This document shows positions 1-12,540 of a DNA stretch of 64,000 nt, one piece after another (position 1 is the first letter of the stretch; the number at the start of each line of letters is the position of its first letter). A program made the position numbers and the translations under genes. A model generated the notes under the pieces. The model was not told the origin of the DNA, searched no databases, and saw only the letters and a program-made list of their open reading frames with translations. Source of the DNA: Utricularia gibba (Eukaryota; Plantae; Magnoliophyta); NCBI GenBank assembly GCA_002189035.1, contig NEEC01000002.1:124001-188000 (forward strand), given 5' to 3'.

Positions 1-49
1 ATCAACAAATCTAGGCGGCTGGTGTCTCTCTTTCTCCTGCGTCTCCCAC

Positions 50-510
50 CAAAATGTGTAAGAAATACACCTCCGGGGTGTGGAAATTTATAGAAGAGGT
101 GCTGCCTTTGCCTTTGCCTTGTGTGGGGAGAATACTTATCAATGCCCATGCTTCCTTGTGCGGACTTTACGACCACCCCCTTTGAACATTCAAACCAATG
201 CATTTTTCTTGTTGACTGCTTGAATTGTATGTACGGAGAATCTTCTAGAGAATTTTGGTCGATTTTGTCACCAACACCAACAATGATTAATTTATTTGAG
301 TCTTAAAAGTTGTTCCCTAAAATATAGGAAAAATAAGGCAAATACTTTAATTTTTTATTTGATTTGGCGTTTAACTTAGTTATAGCAAAAATTTATAAAT
401 TATCGAAAAATAAGTTATTCTTTACATTTTATCTTATTTTTATATTTTTTTCGTTTTTTATGTTATTAATAATATTTTTTGGATTTAAAATTTAGGGATT
501 CAATTTTAAA
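50..510 (-). repeat. Copy A of a diverged ~450-bp direct duplication (promoter region; partner ~1123-1560)
   Basis: Shared blocks such as aaatacacctccggg (63 and 1134, offset 1071), tgaacattcaaaccaatgcatttt, aattttggtcgattttg, aaaataagttattcttt and ggatttaaaatttaggg occur in the same order in both copies. Confidence 0.9.
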
Positions 511-759
511 GTTTAATATTTAGTATTTATAACTTGGGAATATTATATATCAAGTTTTCGTAATTTATGGTTGGATGTTGATCAAACGCATGTTATTGTT
601 GCAAACTCAGAAGCTGAATATATTATTATTAAGGATAAGGAAAGCAAGGAGAGGCACCAGACGGCTCTCTGCTTTCTTTCAGTAGAAGACGCCAATGCGA
701 ATCCCCGACAGAGGAACTTTATTGTAATCGACTCGACGGGGGAGAGTTGTTGTTCAGGA

Positions 760-1115
760 TCAGGGGTGGCCGACTGGTGGCCATGGGAACGGCGTCCCGT
801 AGGGAGTTGGGTGGATCTCAATCACACGCTTCGATTCTCCCACCGGCCCCGAAATCTTCCTGTTGCTGTAGGGCGATGATGCTGCCGCAGCCGCACCTTC
901 AAAAAAGACAACCACCACCACCACCACCAATATATTTCTCAGTGATCTACGGCTAAACGAAAAGAAAAGAAAAGATCCATCTATCTATCTATCTATCAAC
1001 TGGCATATTGATCTGATTAACAGAGACGAGAAACAAAAGTGAGCTCACCTTGGGGGATCAGCGCCGCCATGATGAAGAGCAAGATTGCGAAAACAACTGC
1101 AGCTGTCTTGGCCAT
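760..1115 (-). CDS. Putative small secreted proline-rich peptide precursor (67 aa, 2 exons: 1115-1049, 896-760)
   Basis: Manual splice with donor CAAG|gtgag and acceptor ttttgaag|GT gives MAKTAAVVFAILLFIMAALIPQGAAAAASSPYSNRKISGPVGESKRVIEIHPTPYGTPFPWPPVGHP*. Hydrophobic N-terminus resembles a signal peptide; TATAAAT lies about 42 nt upstream of the ATG. No family recognised. Confidence 0.7.
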
Positions 1116-1122
1116 GGAGATC

Positions 1123-1560
1123 AAATATGTATGAAATACACCTCCGGGTTGTGGAAATTTATACAAGAGGAGCTACCTGCCTTGCCTTGTGTGGGGAGAA
1201 TCCTAATCAATGCCCCTGATTGCTTCCCCTTCTTGTGCGGATTTTACGATCACCCCCATTTGAACATTCAAACCAATGCATTTTTCCTGTTCACTGCTTC
1301 AATCATATGTACGGAGAGAATCTTTTAAATAATTTTGGTCGATTTTGCCACCAAGACCAGTAATTTTTTTGAATCTTAAACGTTGTTCCCTAAAATATAC
1401 AGGGAAAATAAGGCAAGTACCTTAATTGCTTGATTTGATTTGATTTGATATTTACCTTAATTATACCAAAGATTTGTAAACTACCCAAAATAAGTTATTC
1501 TTTGCATTTTTATTCGGTTTTTATGTTATTAATAATAATTTTGGATTTAAAATTTAGGGG
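1123..1560 (-). promoter_or_regulatory. Copy B of the duplication = promoter of the peptide gene, TATA box at 1157-1163 (minus strand)
   Basis: Minus strand reads cttgTATAAATttccac; copy A has ctcttcTATAAATttccac at 86-92. Confidence 0.7.
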
Positions 1561-1740
1561 TTCAAAAATGATTTAGGGTTTAGGGTTTCACAATTTTTTA
1601 CCGTTACTTATTTAGTGTTTAGGATTTCATGATTGGGATTTAGTTTTTTGGATTTTAAATTTAAATTTTAGAGTTTAAGATTTAAAATTTAGAATTTGAT
1701 ATTCAATTTTACGATTTAATATCCAAGAATTTAAGATTTA
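1553..1740. repeat. Short interstitial TTTAGGG (telo-box) motifs followed by an AT-rich degenerate TTTAGG/TTTAAG-like tract
   Basis: TTTAGGG at 1553-1559, 1572-1578 and 1579-1585, then repeated tttag/tttaa variants. Confidence 0.5.
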
Positions 1741-1819
1741 TCTAAACTGCCTGAAAACTGAACAGCAGACATTTCTGCCTTATCAATCATGAATAAGGCT
1801 ATGTCTGTATGTCTTCTTC

Positions 1820-2430
1820 ATTGGGCGATCTGCATCAGCTCTCCGCGGAAGCTGCCGTGAACAGATATTGCCGGCATGTATAGTACGAGTTCCTCGGATC
1901 GCCGGCTTGGCTTGGTATCTCATCTTAATAATCAATCTGTCATCTAACTTTTGTAATTATCACTCTGCCCCCCAGGCCTACGGTGCCGGCCAACTGGAAA
2001 TGCTCGGCGTTTAGCCGCAGAGGCCGCGGACCATCCTCCTCGTCATTGTGTGTCCGATGATGCTGTTACACCGTTTTTATTGGGAGTTGGGAAAAAGGAG
2101 AAATCTTCGAAAGCCCCGTAGGATTTATTTGATCTACGAGTAGTCATTGGTTCAGGACAAACATGCTAGGAGGAGGAATAGGATAGGATGGACCAGCACA
2201 ATCACCACCGGATTCAAGGCAGCAGTCAGATGAGCTTTCGCTAGCACGGCATTTTCACAATCACAATCACAATCACCCCGCAGGCGTAAATGCAATGCCG
2301 TAAATGCGGCGGCAGTTATTCTCATTATGAATGTGTGAAAAGAATCAGGAGCGCACCATCCGCGCACGGCGAAATTGTGGTGGGTTGTCGTGATGCTGAT
2401 CTCCGCCTCCGAAACGGGCTCTCGTCCCCC
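1820..2430 (+). pseudogene. Degenerate MATE transporter relic (tandem paralogue of the adjacent MATE gene)
   Basis: 1973-2014 reads QAYGAGQLEMLGV* then PQRPRTILL (intact gene: QAYGAGQVEMLGVYMQRSWVILL). 2183ff reads IGWTSTITTGFKAAVS (intact: LGWTVMVAIGFNAAIS). 2348ff reads GAHHPRTAKLWWVVV (intact: GASHPRTAKLSVLVVV). In-frame TAG and large deletions. Confidence 0.8.
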
Positions 2431-3997
2431 TCCTGACAACCTTTGATCCCCAAGGTCAACATTGTGTTGCTACGACGTTTCGGAGTCGGAGCTCCCCTGG
2501 GAATGGGATGGCTAAAATGGGCTGGGCTGGGCTGGGCTACGCACCCATGACCTCACATGGTGGACACCGCAAAATTGCGCCACGTCACATTCAAAACTAC
2601 ACACTTGGGACCATCAATCTTTTACTGTCGGGTGATATCTGATTCATTCACATGGCAACGAGTGGCATTCAAAAGAGAGCACACAGAAATCAATCACCCC
2701 CAACACCTTAAAATAGTGTTCTGAATATTGTTTTTACTTTTGAAAAATGGCAGAAATAAAAATATTTTTAAGAATTAAATGATAAAAATAAAAATGAGAA
2801 TTATAAATAGCTATTTTCTTATTTTTATTTATAACTCATTTTTTTAGCTACAGTAATAATTAAAAAATAAAAATAGGGAGTGCTTTGTGCAAAGCATCCC
2901 AAAATTTTTACCAGCATAGATTAAGTGCAAAACGAAATAATGGATAATTGCCTTCTTTTTGGTCTACCAGTCCGTGAGTGGAAGGGGTTTTTGGCAAATG
3001 AAAAAGCGGCGGCGCCCCAGGGACGGGGGCCTGTCTGCCAAAAAGCATCGCACTATTTATTACAAATACAAATATAGCCCTCGATGCCCACGTTTGCGTG
3101 TACCTCGTACGCAAGAAACCAAAGTGGTACTTGTGTCAATGGAAGCCTGGGAACCTAACTTCCGCCGATCACGTGATCCGGGCCCACCCACTCCCTCCCT
3201 GCCTCCCTCCATCATTGATTTCCCAACCAAGAAACCAAGAACTCAAAAGATTACCGCTCCCACCCCCCAACAACGGAATGGAGGGGAGGAAGACGGGTTC
3301 AATGCTTCTCTGATAAACTGCGGTTGCATCCATGCAAGCTGCTAAGCTTTGAGTGTTACCCCCACCCCACCAAAAGAGCCCTTTTGGGTTCTGCAATTCC
3401 AGTTCCATCCACCCTTTTGGAAGACGGTACGGAAGAAGAAACAAAACAAGTCATTCATACAGGCTACAGCCGCAAGTCAACAAACGGAGCATCGGAAGAG
3501 CGACCCCATCAGCGGTCGGAGCCATTAGAAGAAGAGCGACCCAAAATGCCTCTCAGCAGAAGCAGCCCAACGTCGCCACCTTTACAGCTGCACCCATTCA
3601 TTTCTCCGGTGCGACATGTCGCTATTCCATTCCACGTTATTCAATTATTTCCCTCCTAACTCTTATCGATGGTGCCGCTTCTCGCATCTCCTCATCCATG
3701 ATGACATAGATAGTGTTTCCAGTTTTGAACCCCTCCCTCTGCGTTAACTTCCATGGAGGCGAGGAGGCGAAAACCGAAATGACTTGTGTAGGGGAAGACC
3801 ATTTTCGACGGTGTCTGCTCCTCCGCCACGTCACTATAATGCATTTTTTAAAAGTATTTAATATATAATTATTATTAATCCAACCAGCCAGCCTTCCGCC
3901 TCCGCCTACTCCCTGACTTCGAAATAAAAGACCACGTCTCCTCTCTCTCCTTCAACACCATCGTGGTTTCCGCACACCACCCAACCAGGGGAAAAAA

Positions 3998-6412
3998 ATG
4001 GCGGAATCTCCCCGGCTTCCTCTTCTTCCGCCGGTCACCGCTGACGACGACTACCAGGAGCCAGAGCTTTCGATACAGGAGTATTTACACCTCCGCAACT
4101 CCAACCAGTCCTTCACCATCACTTCCTTCGTCGACGAAGGCGGCGACATCCCTCCCATCGCCAAGTCCAAAGACTTCTTCAAGGCATTCAACCACGAGGG
4201 GAAGAAGCTCTGGTACTTGGCCGGCCCTGCGATTTTCACATCGATTTGTCAGTACTCCCTCGGCGCCATCACGCAGACCTTCGCCGGTCACGTCGGAACC
4301 CTAGATTTAGCCGCCTTCTCGATTGAAAACTCCGTAATCGCTGGATTGTCGTTCGGCGTCATGGTACGTTGTGTCAGATTTGCCCCTAATTTTCGCTTAA
4401 GTGTTTGCGCTAATCTTGAGATTTGTTTTTGGAGTACGTAGCTGGGAATGGGAAGCGCGTTGGAAACGCTTTGCGGGCAGGCATACGGCGCCGGTCAGGT
4501 GGAAATGCTGGGCGTTTATATGCAGAGATCTTGGGTTATTCTCTTAATCACCGCCTTCGCGTTGATGTTTCTGTACATCTTCGCGGGGCCGTTCTTGCTG
4601 CTGATCGGCCAGGATAAAGAGATATCACGAGTCGCCGGAACTTTTGCACTGTGGATGATACCACAGCTGTACGCGTACGCGCTCAATTTCCCGATCGCCA
4701 AGTTTCTGCAAGCGCAGAGCAAGATCTCGGCGATGGCGTGGATTTCGGGCGTAGGGCTGGTGTTACACGTTTTTCTTAGCTGGTTCTTCATGCTTAAACT
4801 CGGTTGGGGCATGGCCGGCGGCGCGGCAGTTCTGAACTTCTCGTGGTGGTTCATCGTTGTGGCACAGTTGGTTTACATATTTTCCGGTACCTGCGGCCGC
4901 GCGTGGGATGGGTTTTCAGTGAAGGCGTTTCGCAATCTATGGGGCTTCGTTCGGTTATCCCTGGCTTCCGCGGTCATGCTCTGGTATTCTTGTTGTGTTC
5001 TCGAGTGCTCTATTATTTATTATTATCGTCACTTTTTTTGAATTCTGCACATAAAGGGAATTGAATTATTAGGAGTGTTTTTGTTCGTATATTTATTGGC
5101 ATACGGAGCTGATAATGATATTATGATGTGTGATTGATTTCATTCCATTGATTAATTGGACCCAGACTCCAGACCCCAGACCCCCAGTTGTGATGCTACC
5201 AGAAGCTCCTCAGAAATTAATTAATGACCGTCCTGATTATGTCTTCCTTCCCACGTGTTCCCACATTCATTGTTTGTGGAGTTGGTAGTTATCTTTTTAT
5301 GTTCTCGTTTTCTGGAGCAGCTTGGAGACGTGGTACTTTATGGCTCTCATCCTGTTCGCTGGCTACTTGAAGAACGCGGAAGTCGCCGTGGATGCCTTGT
5401 CTATATGGTACGCAGGCTTTGCAGCTTGCCGGTTCTCTCTTTCTTGGGTTGGGAATTGGGATGTGGAGGTCATGACTTGTGGTTTGGTGCAGCACCAACA
5501 TACTGGGCTGGACGGTAATGGTGGCAATCGGCTTCAATGCTGCAATAAGGTAGGCAGGTGGGCGTAAGTCACGGCCCGGCCTGGCCCCCCATTGTGTTTT
5601 CTTTTATTGTGTGTTGAGTAAGAAGGAAGGATGCAACGACACGTGGTGGTGGTGGTGCTGCAGTGTGCGCGTGTCGAACGAGCTGGGAGCCTCGCACCCC
5701 CGGACGGCCAAGTTGTCGGTGTTGGTGGTGGTGGCGTGGTCGTTCCTCCTGGGCCTCATCATCTCCATCGCCCTCCTCGTCTTCTACAAGCAGTATCCCT
5801 ACCTGTTCTCCAGCAGCAGCCAGGTGATTCAAGTGGTGTATCAGCTCACTCCCCTTCTCGCCTTCTGCATCGTCGTCAACAACATCCAGCCAGCTCTCTC
5901 CGGTACCCGCACCCACCCACCTTTTTCTGATTTCTTTTATCTTGCGTTCGTTCCCAATCCGTCGGGTGGTGCAGGAGTGGCCATTGGAGCCGGATGGCAA
6001 GCCCTGGTAGCGTACGTCAACATCGCCTGCTACTATCTCTTCGGCATCCCCTTGGGCCTCATCCTGGGGTACGCCCTCGATTTAGGCGTCAATGTAAGTT
6101 CAAAAGTGAAGAACAAAGTGCGAGTAGAGTAGCCGTAGTAGCGTCAAGTGATGCATGCATTGTGTGGTTTGATGGTGGGTGTTGTTGCAGGGAATATGGT
6201 ACGGGATGGTGTCGGGAACCCTGCTACAAACTCTGATTCTCTTTGTGATCGTTGAGAGAACCAACTGGGAGAAAGAGGTGAGTGAGTGAGTGAGTGAGTG
6301 AACCATTTCATTGCCAACTGACGACGGAGCACGATGGGTGTAGGCTTCCGCGGCGGCTCAGAGGATCAAGGCCTGGGGAGGCGAAGACGACCTGAAGCCT
6401 AATGGATGCTAA
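3998..6412 (+). CDS. MATE/DTX efflux transporter (TT12/DTX29-32-like), 8 exons, intact
   Basis: Motifs SIENSVIAG.SFG.MLGMGSALETLCGQAYGAG, FLQAQS, RVSNELGA.HPRTAK, QP.LSGVAIGAGWQ. All GT-AG junctions keep frame to the stop at 6410-6412 (...WGGEDDLKPNGC*). Confidence 0.95.
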
Positions 6413-7025
6413 ACTGGAGAAGCCCTTTCTTTTTTCTAGCGTGTGCCACAGCTGCTGCTTTTCTGCTGAATCAGCTTCAAAGGAACAACAAACGCGCCGG
6501 ATAACCGGAAAATAAATGCTCCTACTTTCTTCAAATTTAGAAAACAAACTTGTATCTATTATTTAGTATTGAGTCCAAGTTTAATCTGGGCCTGCGGGCT
6601 GCGACGGGCTCGGCCCAACACTGTTTCATTACTCAAATTGTGGACGGAGCATACCTCCGACAAAAGAAAATAACATTGTACTGTCCGGTTACTGTTCAAG
6701 AACATCTACAGTGAAGGATTATTTGAAAGTTCCTGAGCAGCACAAAAATTTACAACATTGGTCAGAAAAAGGTACGATTTTTCGAGAAAGAGGAATATTT
6801 GTGGATCGCGGGGGCGGAAGGTAAAAGGCTGTTGTCTTGGAGGGTAGACGTCTAGCCGGCAAGCGGGCAAATTTCCGGTGGGAAATAAAAACAAATAACG
6901 TTGAGGTGACGCGTATGCTGTGCGTCGCATCCTTGAAGCAGGAAGAGTTAAAATTATGAAGCATTTTGGGCCAGAGATGCAGAGAGCTACTACTTTTACT
7001 TGAACTGATGCTCGTTCAATCATTC

Positions 7026-10000
7026 ATGGCTTTCTCCTCGTGCAACATCCGACCCCTCGCCGCGTTTCGGTTCCAAAAGGAGAATTTCCCTTCAAGAATC
7101 CGTTCGTCTAGTAACCACTGCAGTGAAGGAAGAACCCCGTTTCCGGTTTTCAATTCTGCTAAAAGATTGCCGTATCTCCTCCCATTTAAAGCGGTCTCAG
7201 TTAATGGGTACCCTTTACGCAAAGAAGACGAGGATTCTGTTGGGGAAATACAAGCAATCGACAAACTGAATAGATGGATTGAGTTCTTGAGGGAAATCTT
7301 TCCCGGTGGCGAGTGGTGGAGGCTTTCGCCGGAGGGCGGTGGCGATGTGTATTCAGCAAAACCCGTCACTGTTCTGCGAGCGCTACGAAAAATGTGGGAA
7401 CTTGTGGCTGATGATGGATGGCTTATCTTCGCGGCTTTTGTGACGCTCATTGTGACAGCGGTATGTCCCATTAGTCTTGTCCATTTTTCTGTCTCTTCAT
7501 GACTGAAGTTTAGCGCTTTGATTAGTGCGTATTATTTTTTATTTGTTTCTATTGAGATGGATGGCGAAACTAAGCTGTTGGAGCAAGTCATTTGGTAGTC
7601 GTCTGTTCTTCAGTTCGGAACTGATTTTTCCTCAGGGTTTCATTTTTTGGCATTTTATGCGGTTCATATACATGACAAAATAAAAAAGTCTGAGAGTAGA
7701 TCTCATCAGCCCTTTTTTGTTCAGTATCTAGCAATTCGCGATTTCCTTGCTACATCTTATTGTTGTTATCTGTTTAATCCTTCAGTCGTTTGTTTTCTCT
7801 GACTTCAGAGTTCAACTGTTGTGCACTAGGTTTCAGAAATATCAATACCACACTATCTTACAGCCTCAATCTTTTCTGCTCAAAGTAGTACAACCGCCCT
7901 ATTTCATCGCAACATTCGCCTTCTGGTTATTCTTTGTATATCTGCAGCAATATGCAGGTTAAAATCTTGTATGACTGTCCTTATCTCTTTTTCCTTCTAC
8001 CCATTATTTTAGTTAACCCTGTTTTCATTATTAGATATCTATATTAAGGTTAACATTTTGTTTTCTGTCCTGAATCTTTCAGTGGTTTTCGAGGTTGCCT
8101 ATTCAGCGTTGCAAATATGGTCTTGGTAATGCTTCTGTCATGTGCTGTAGTTTTTCAAACACGATCATTCGGGTTATACATTGAATGGTGCTGTTCAGGT
8201 TAAGCGACTCAGGGAGAGATTATATTCAACTCTTCTTCTTCAGGTATGCTGCCTGTCATGTGTTGCAGATGGCTTCATGATCTCTTAAATGATACTGCAT
8301 ATCCAACCTTTTGTAGGATATCTCTTTTTTTGATGCTGAGACGGTAGGTGACTTGACGAGTAGGCTTGGCTCGGATTGTCAGCAAGTTTCACGCGTCATT
8401 GGAAATGACCTTAACCTCATATCCCGAAACGTTCTTCAGGTGGGAAGTTTTCCGTGTGAAATTTGGACAACCTGTTTATGGGCTTAAGCACCTTGATTTG
8501 TCATCTGTGAAGGGTATAGGTGCTTTGGTTTACTTGTTGATTCTTTCATTGCCCCTCGGACTTTGTGTTTTTGGAATTTGCATATCTCTGTCAACCATTA
8601 TGATGATATATGGCCAGTAAGATCCAGAATTATTTTTTATTATTGTTTTATCGTGCTGATCAACCAGACTTATCATCCCTCATTTCCCTTGCATAGATAC
8701 CAAAAGAAATCTGCGAAGTTAATTCAAGAGTGTAATGCTTCTGCAAATCAAGTAAATTTTTGATTACCATATCTAGTTATAGTTGCTACTGCCATTTTCC
8801 TTTGTAAGCAAAAATTCTTCCTTTGTGTAGGTTGCTCAGGAGACTTTCTCCTTAATTAGAACTGTCCGCGTCTATGGTACTGAGCATGCAGAACTTGGAA
8901 GGTGGAACATTCTCATTTCATCAATTGATTGCTAACAGTTATTTGGAGTTGCACCTCAATGGAAGTGTAGAAAGATAACTGTGGTAATGTAATGTCTTGA
9001 TTTAGAAACCTTCTGGCTTGCAGATATGAACATTGGCTAGATAAATTAGCTGGTATAAGTCTTCGACAAGGTGCTGCTTATGGAGTTTGGAACTTCAGCT
9101 TTAACTCCTTATATCACTCATCTCAGGTTAAGCCATTTAAGATATAACATTGGGGCTGATTTAATTTGCGTTTTCTAAGTTTCTGAAACGTGAATCGTTA
9201 TGGTTTGTTTCAATCCAGTGCCATGGTGGTGCGTTTCTGCTTAGATACATCTTCATTTGCCAGTGCAATATGCAAAGTCTAAATTACTTTACTTTGTTGG
9301 TTTTATGATTCATACTTATATCTGGTTTGTGCCTTTGTGCTTGGTCTTCTCCATTAGTATGTCATGTTCATCATGTGGATTGCTCTGATCATTTGAAGTG
9401 ATGGTAACTTTACTTTGTCAAGGGCCACGCATTGATTTTTCTCTTGAATATTCATGCTTTAGGTGATTGCTGTAATTTTTGGAGGAGCGTCCATTCTGAA
9501 TGGCTATTTAACAGCAGAGCAGCTTACCAAGTTCATTTTGTACAGCGAATGGCTAATTTATTCGACTTGGTGGATTGGCGATAATGTGTCATCATTGATG
9601 CAGTCCATCGGAGCAAGTGAAAAAGTTTTCCATCTGATAGATCTTCCCTCTAGTGATCAGTTCACCACAAAAGGTGAGGCCTTTACTGCTTTCTTAATTA
9701 CCCAGACGTGTGCTGAGCTGCTACATGACATCATAATCACATTGATTCGAAGGGATGTATGCTCTGAAACGTGACAGGAACGGAATTGCCAAACCTGGCT
9801 GGACAAGTTGAATTCGTTGATGTTTCCTTTCGGTATCCTTCCCGAGCCGAGGTGACCATATAATCATTGACACTTGCTGGTCGGTCATATCGGTGATTGA
9901 GATTGGGCTCTTGAACTCGAAACTTTTGGTACTAATATCTGGCTTCTTTTTTTTTCTTTTTCAAAAAATGGGGTGACTAGGTGCCTGTGCTCCAGAATTT

Positions 10001-11108
10001 CAGCTTAGCCGTTCATCCTGGAGAAGTTGTGGCCATTGTAAGTATCTGGTAACTTCCTTTTACGTATGAAGAAGAGACACCTGATGGTACGAGATATTCA
10101 GGTGGGGCTTAGCGGCAGTGGAAAGAGCTCATTAGTGAACCTTCTGCTGCGGCTTTATGAGCCGACTGATGGTGAGGTAAGTCACGACGAATATAGATGA
10201 AAGGTCTGCTGTGCTGTGGGTGTTCACCGCTGTAATTTCAGATACTGATAGATGGGCACCCCATGAAGAAACTCAACATCAAGTGGTTAAGGGAGAAGAT
10301 TGGATACGTGGGGCAGGTACGCTGCTTTCGCTTCACTTGAAACATGGATTGGGGCGGGAAACACTTCTGTGATTGATTGCTTGGTTGATGCGAGTTAGGA
10401 GCCGCGGCTATTTCGAATGGATATCAGCTCAAATATACGATACGGATGCCCTCGGGATGTCAGCCAGTCTGATGTGGAGTTGGCAGCCAAGCAAGCCTTC
10501 GCCCATGATTTCATATCTTCACTGCCTCAGGGATACCAAACATTAGTCGATGATGATTTGCTGAGCGGCGGACAAAAGCAACGAATAGCCATAGCTAGAG
10601 CCATACTCAGAGACCCCTGCATTCTGATTCTCGATGAAGCCACCAGTGCCCTTGACGCTGAGAGTGAGCACAATGTCAAGGTAGAAGAAAGCGGACATTT
10701 TGGATACCCAAACCATGTGCCTTTTCCTCACCTGGGTTTGTGTAGGGTATTCTCCGTGCCGCACAAGGTGAGCGGAAAACAAAAAGGACAGTGTTTGTGA
10801 TCGCGCACAGGTAAGCGAATGCACATCATTTGACCCGCAGTGTCAGGTACCGTAACCGGAATCCACTCCTGTGCTCCTTCGTTCGGCAGGCTCTCAACAG
10901 TCCAATCTGCAGACAGAATCATAGTCATGGATGGCGGCCAAATCGTGGAGGTATGTCATCCCATCGGTCAGTAGTTTAAAAATCATGAATGAATGACATG
11001 GCGGTGATGTGAATGTCCGTCCAGGCAGGGAGCCACTCCGAGCTTCTGAGGAGGGAGGGCGGGTTGTATGCACACCTGGTCAGACGGCAGGCCGATGTGG
11101 TCGCCTGA
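7026..11108 (+). CDS. ABCB26: Half-size ABC transporter subfamily B, plastid TAP1/ABCB26-like, 18 exons, intact
   Basis: Ser/Arg-rich transit-peptide-like N-terminus, TM domain ([19 protein letters not shown]), Walker A GLSGSGKS, signature [14 protein letters not shown], Walker [14 protein letters not shown]-loop IAHRLST. An alternative in-frame ATG lies at 7008. Confidence 0.93.
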
Positions 11109-12524
11109 TGGGAAAAAAATTTTGGGCCTGCGGGGGATGGATGGATGGATAGATATGGGCGCGCATGCATGCAGAAGAGCAAATTGAAGATCCAGATTCC
11201 AGCGTGGACGATGGAAAGAGAAGGGAGGGTAATAAAAGAAATTATCTGGGTGATGTGATGTGGAGTGAGGGGGGCCCACCGGCTTGCTTAGTCAACATTA
11301 ATACTTCATTAATTGGGAGTTATACTAATAACAACCACTCACTCCCTCCCCTGCCCTGCCCAACACGTCAAATCATTTCGTCTCCTCGAAAATAATAACA
11401 CCCTCTCCCTCCTCAGTATTAATTATTATTATTCCCCCTTTAACAGTCAACGTTAAGGAAAACTAAACAACCAACCCCCCTCCCCCCCAAAAAAAAAAAG
11501 GGGGGTGGGTACCTTAACCTTACCACCTTATAGGGAGGAGGGGATGTTCGTTCTGTTACCAAGAAGAGTGCTTGTTTCTTTCACCAGGGTTGGGTGCTTC
11601 TCTTGGTGGTGGTCATTGTAAGGCGGGTTAGTTGTGTGTTATTGGGATATCATCATCGTATTGGTGTGTTAATCGAGCACATGCATGGGGTTTGGAATTT
11701 GGATGAGATGGGCAGGTCAAACACAGCGAATTATTGACTCCAAAAGTCAGTTTGAGGATCGAGGTGTGGATCGGGTCCGATTATTACAACGCCCAAGTTG
11801 TCGTTGCAAGACCAAAGGGCTGCATTTAACCCAATTAATGACCCCAAAGTCAATTTGAAGATCCAACCCCCCTGATTCACTTGCGTAGCCCCTGGAGGAG
11901 CCTAACGTGATTGATTGATTGTTGGAAACACCCAACGTACGTACTACTAGTCGTATGTGCCAATTCCTCCAATCACACCCCACCCCCCACCCCACCCTTA
12001 ATTAACAACATATTACTCACTGACTTTTTTTTTCTTTTTCATTCTTTCAATCAATCACCCACAAGTGTGTGTGTACAACGTTATGCAGCCAGGTTAACCT
12101 CCTCTGCGCAGTCAAATGCCTCCTTTTTTTTCCCTTTTGACATTAGATGAAACCCAGTGGGGCGGGGGCTTGCTAAGTAAGTAGTGTATTTGCAGTAGCA
12201 TTTTCATTGCGGTTAGTGAGCCTAATCGCGGATTAGCCTCGTTTCGGTTTGACTTTCTATCAAGAAAAAATCACCCCAAGAGGTGGGGGGGGGGGGGGGG
12301 GTTTACTTTCTAGTATTAAACAAAGGGTGTAGAGGGATGATTATGGAAAATGTCATGGCATGATAATGCCCACTCTGGGGTCCCAAAACTACACAACGTG
12401 ACCAAATGTCGTAATGTGATTGATGGGCTTCATTGAAAATTTACCCTTTGTTTTCTATAAACTATACGGCTTACCGTCGACAAAAGCTCACAGTCACCGC
12501 CGATGACGCACAGCTGGGCTCTCA

Positions 12525-12540
12525 TGTCTCTCTATAAATA
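12525..12540 (+). promoter_or_regulatory. AuxRE (TGTCTC 12525-12530) adjacent to the TATA box (TATAAATA 12533-12540) of the AP2/ERF gene
   Basis: Sequence atgtctctctataaata, about 85-100 nt upstream of ATG 12625. Confidence 0.55.

Noticed and set aside
2959-3834. Cluster of 65-128 aa ORFs upstream of the MATE gene, with a short gaagagcgacc direct repeat
   Set aside because: No recognisable domain, no consistent splice model and overlapping ORFs on both strands; best read as promoter or intergenic sequence.
11470-11510. C-rich / A11 / G-rich hairpin-like tract, and poly-G runs at 12285-12301 and 21325-21340
   Set aside because: Low-complexity sequence; homopolymer lengths are unreliable in this assembly and there is no functional evidence.
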